NCBI GenBank assembly: GCA_965213835.1
Contig: OZ243923.1
Location: 1,845,518 to 1,909,517 of the forward strand
DNA length: 64,000 bases
Direction of reading: 5' to 3'
Origin: an uncultured Granulicella sp.
GTDB taxonomy: Bacteria > Acidobacteriota > Terriglobia > Terriglobales > Acidobacteriaceae
Part shown: piece by piece, positions 61,121 through 64,000 of the stretch
Layout: every line of letters begins with the position of its first letter
Position numbering within the stretch: the first letter of the stretch is position 1
Translations under genes and position numbers: made by a program
Notes under the pieces: generated by a model
What the model was told of the DNA's origin: nothing
What the model saw: only the letters and a program-made list of their open reading frames with translations
Database searches by the model: none

Positions 61121-62772
61121 CGGCCCGCGTCCACGCGGCGCAGGAACTCGACGTTCCACACCAGGTTCGGCTGCAGAAGCGCTGGCTGCACTCCAAGCAG
61201 CGCCGGAGAAACCGCAACCAGCGGGTCGGGATACACCAGGTAGATATACGGCTGCTGATCGGCCACGATCTGCTGCACCCGGTCCACGGCCTGATGGCGC
61301 ACGCGCGGGTCCAGGCTGGTCGCCTGCAGCTGCATCGCGCGGTCGATCTCCTCCTCCCATGCGGTCTCGGGGCTCTTCTGCGCAGGATCCCACTGGTGAT
61401 CGGGTGACGAACTGAGCCACTCATTCATCATCGAGTTCGGATCGGGATCCGCGTCCGGATGCCCAAGCAGGCACGCCTCGTAGTTGTGCGTATGGCTCAG
61501 GCGCTCAATCAACGCCGGAAAATCCAACGTCACGACCGTGACCTCAATTCCCACCGCGAGGAGGTCCTGCTGGATCAGCACGGCCATCTTCGCCCGGGAG
61601 GCGTTGCCGGCGTTGGTCAGGATGGAAAAGCGCACCGGGTGCCCGCCGCCATCCACCAGGGTTTTGCCTCGCATCTGAAAGCCGGCCTCCCGCAGCAGAC
61701 GAAGCGAGTTCGCCGTGCCTTCAGGCGGCGTGCGCAGCCCCGCGTTATACCAGGCCCGGTTCGCCGGCGAGATAAACCCCGCCGCCACCGTCGCATGCCC
61801 GTCATAGGCGATCCTCGCCAGGTCCGCGCGATCGATCGCCGAGGAGACGGCCACGCGAAATGCCTGCGCCCGAAACCAGGCGCGCTCCCACTCCGGCAGC
61901 GGCGCGTCCGGAGCCTGGTTGAACCACATCTGCTCGGTGTTGAGCGAAGCGCCGAGATCGCGTGCCGTACCGGGTCGTCGCTCGTTCAATACCGCGAACG
62001 AGCCCGGCGACAGATTGTCGATCAGGTCGTACTCCCCCCGCAGAAACCGCAGCAGCTCGGTCTCGCGGTTGCCCAGCACGTCCAGCCGGATCGAAGGGGC
62101 ATACGGAAGCTGCGCGCCGGCGTTGTCGTGCCCCCAGAAATATGGGTTGCGCACAAGCCGCACGAACTGTCCGGGCTGCGCCTCCGCCAGGGTGAACGGG
62201 CCGGAGGTGACGCGCGAAAGCCTCGCTTGCCCGGCCGGCTCGATCGCGATCTCATCGAAGACGTTGGCGATGCCGATTACCCGTCGTGGAAGCAGCACGC
62301 GCAGCGTCCGGGTATCGGGAGTTTCGACCCGCACCTCCGCCGGCGCGAGAAACTCCTCCGCCACCGGAGCCGCCGTCGCAGGCAGCAACACGCGCCGCAG
62401 GGACGCCGCCGCGTCGGCCGAGGATAACGCCGTGCCATCGGAAAACCGAAGACCCGGGCGCAGATTCAGCGTAATCGCTCGCCCATCCGGTGCGATCGTC
62501 CAGCTCTCCGCAAGCGCCGGCTCCGGCTGCATCGTCCTCCGGTTGTACCGGATCAACACCCCTGCCGTGAGCGTTCGCAGCAGCTCGGAGGTTGCGTCCT
62601 CCACCCTGGCGGGGTCCAGCGTGCGCGGGTCGGTGCGGATCGCCCACGCCAGCTCTCCCGGCGGACGCGGCGCGGCCGCCTGCGCACCCGCCACCACCGC
62701 GCCGCGAAGCGCGACAAGCAGAAGAACGAGCTTGAAAACCTTCTTCACTGCAGACGATTTTCGCATGGCCAC
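61117..62772 (-). CDS. ABC transporter substrate-binding protein, family 5 (peptide/nickel)
   Basis: Signal AGA|Q; DPRTLDP, ALAESW, LRPGLRFSDG, SGPF, FRVAVSSAIDR. Confidence 0.9.
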   Translation of the reverse strand: MAMRKSSAVKKVFKLVLLLVALRGAVVAGAQAAAPRPPGELAWAIRTDPRTLDPARVEDATSELLRTLTAGVLIRYNRRTMQPEPALAESWTIAPDGRAITLNLRPGLRFSDGTALSSADAAASLRRVLLPATAAPVAEEFLAPAEVRVETPDTRTLRVLLPRRVIGIANVFDEIAIEPAGQARLSRVTSGPFTLAEAQPGQFVRLVRNPYFWGHDNAGAQLPYAPSIRLDVLGNRETELLRFLRGEYDLIDNLSPGSFAVLNERRPGTARDLGASLNTEQMWFNQAPDAPLPEWERAWFRAQAFRVAVSSAIDRADLARIAYDGHATVAAGFISPANRAWYNAGLRTPPEGTANSLRLLREAGFQMRGKTLVDGGGHPVRFSILTNAGNASRAKMAVLIQQDLLAVGIEVTVVTLDFPALIERLSHTHNYEACLLGHPDADPDPNSMMNEWLSSSPDHQWDPAQKSPETAWEEEIDRAMQLQATSLDPRVRHQAVDRVQQIVADQQPYIYLVYPDPLVAVSPALLGVQPALLQPNLVWNVEFLRRVDAGR

Positions 62773-62811
62773 CCCCTCGCGAATGGTTATCGACCGGGTA
62801 CAGCCTGGGCA

Positions 62812-63621
62812 TCACCCTGCATGCTGCGAGCGGCCGGCCGTCATCGATTCCAGCAGAAACAGCACAGCGACCAGAAGCACGATCGGCAGGTACACCCAGT
62901 GCGTCTGTGCCATCAGCGCGGAGCTGTTGAGCTCGGCCAGCATGCCGCCCCACGAAGGAAGAGGCTCCGGAATCCCCAGGCCCAGGCTCCCGAGATTGCT
63001 TTCCGCCACAACAAACGCCGGCACCGAAACCAGGAATTGCGGCAGCAGCAGCGCACCGAGCCGAGGAAGCACATGAAGACGGACAAGCTGCCCGCGTCGG
63101 AGCCCGGCCGCGCGTCCCTGCAACATCGCGTCCGACCGATCCAGCCTGCGGCTCCCGGCATAGACCGCCCGCGCGCATGCCGGCCAGCCGAGCAGCGCCA
63201 GCAGCGTAAACGCCACGGCAGCCGTGTGCGCCGGCGACGACGTCAACGAAAAGCCGGAGCGCACGATCATCAGCAGAAACAGCCAGGGCAGCGTCAGAAA
63301 CGCATCTGAAAGCAGAAGCAGAGTATCGCGAATCGGACGCGGGCTCGACGCCGCCAACATCCCGATCGCCGCCGCGATCGCCGTCGTCAGCGCCGCGGCC
63401 AGCGTCGCGCCACCGAGCCCAAGCAGCATTGCCGCCGCCGAACGCAGGAGCCGGTCCCGGCCCAGCGCGTCCGTGCCCGCCACGTGCTCCGCAGACGTCC
63501 CCTGCAGGACGGCACCGCGATCCTGCAGCGCCGGATGGCTGCCCGGAAGCAGCACCAGCACGCCGGCTGCGAGCACCAGAAGCAGCAGCAGCACGCCCGC
63601 AGCTTTCTGTCGAAGCCGCAT
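62812..63621 (-). CDS. ABC transporter permease (DppC-like)
   Basis: GTDALGRD, HVLP, ESNLGSLGLG...PSWG; start MRLRQ overlaps the upstream stop. Confidence 0.88.
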   Translation of the reverse strand: MRLRQKAAGVLLLLLVLAAGVLVLLPGSHPALQDRGAVLQGTSAEHVAGTDALGRDRLLRSAAAMLLGLGGATLAAALTTAIAAAIGMLAASSPRPIRDTLLLLSDAFLTLPWLFLLMIVRSGFSLTSSPAHTAAVAFTLLALLGWPACARAVYAGSRRLDRSDAMLQGRAAGLRRGQLVRLHVLPRLGALLLPQFLVSVPAFVVAESNLGSLGLGIPEPLPSWGGMLAELNSSALMAQTHWVYLPIVLLVAVLFLLESMTAGRSQHAG

Positions 63622-64000
63622 CACGCAAGCTCCGGAACTCGAGGCGGTTCGGACAACAACCCCGCCGCGGCCACAAAGGTCGCCAGCAACAACGTCACGG
63701 CGAGCAGCACAGGCAGATCGCGGTTTCCCGCCGCGCTCCACGCCAGCTGTGCTACGCCCGGCAGGTCGAATAACACCTCCACCGGCACCAGCGCACTCAG
63801 CGCGGTCACCACTGAAAGCGTCACCAGCGCACGCATCTGCGGAGCGGCCGCGGGAAAAACGTGGGCCCGCAGCATCCGCCACCAGCCAAGCCCGCCCGCC
63901 CGAGCCTGCAGCAGCGCGGACGACGCCCAAACCTCACGCAGCAGGCGGTCCAGAAACGGAAAGTCCCGAGCCGCCAACACCAGCCCGAGCACCAGAACGG
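63621..64000 (-). CDS. ABC transporter permease (DppB-like), 5' end beyond window
   Basis: ARAGGL.......HV, VEVLFDLPG.AQL, RDLPVL. Confidence 0.85.
   Translation of the reverse strand, partial: VLVLGLVLAARDFPFLDRLLREVWASSALLQARAGGLGWWRMLRAHVFPAAAPQMRALVTLSVVTALSALVPVEVLFDLPGVAQLAWSAAGNRDLPVLLAVTLLLATFVAAAGLLSEPPRVPELA

Noticed and set aside
60305-63930. Extended ORF-track starts for the ABC ATPase (61420) and permease (63930)
   Set aside because: The extensions overlap upstream genes in another frame; coupled starts at 61120 and 63621 fit better

Overview
64 kb of GC-rich bacterial chromosome, most consistent with an Acidobacterium (Terriglobia-type): it has exosortase J with its PExPT-type target, acidobacterial-style GTGCCCC REP palindromes and typical gene architecture. 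Left to right: a PExPT-target/xrtJ/NHL-lipoprotein unit; an M1 aminopeptidase; a pentose-phosphate cluster (tkt, rpiA, SDR, HAD, gnd, zwf, pgl, glk, methyltransferase); GH15; Mn-type SOD; an RND permease/MFP/TolC operon; a convergent LigC and Prim-Pol pair; typA; two adjacent frameshifted genes; a circularly permuted ATP-grasp/alpha-E/transglutaminase operon interrupted by GH39; a DprE1/DprE2-like pair; glutaminyl cyclase; UvrD/PcrA with a large insertion containing an in-frame REP; small accessory ORFs (RHH plus membrane protein, a 51-aa basic protein, a cluster with a YxiJ-like protein); ohr, add, M61 peptidase, gpx, a KimA-like transporter and recX; and a secreted S8 protease ending in eight TILWGA repeats directly downstream of a peptide/nickel-family ABC importer operon. 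No rRNA, tRNA, CRISPR array or transposase was seen. Best leads: (1) the S8-TILWGA protease with its structured leader and ABC importer as a possible peptide-release/signalling system; (2) all nine predicted signal-peptidase-I substrates start with Gln, and a lipoprotein glutaminyl cyclase is in the window (a Bacteroidetes-like Q-rule); (3) a REP element translated inside UvrD. All family assignments come from motif recognition by eye, not database searches.
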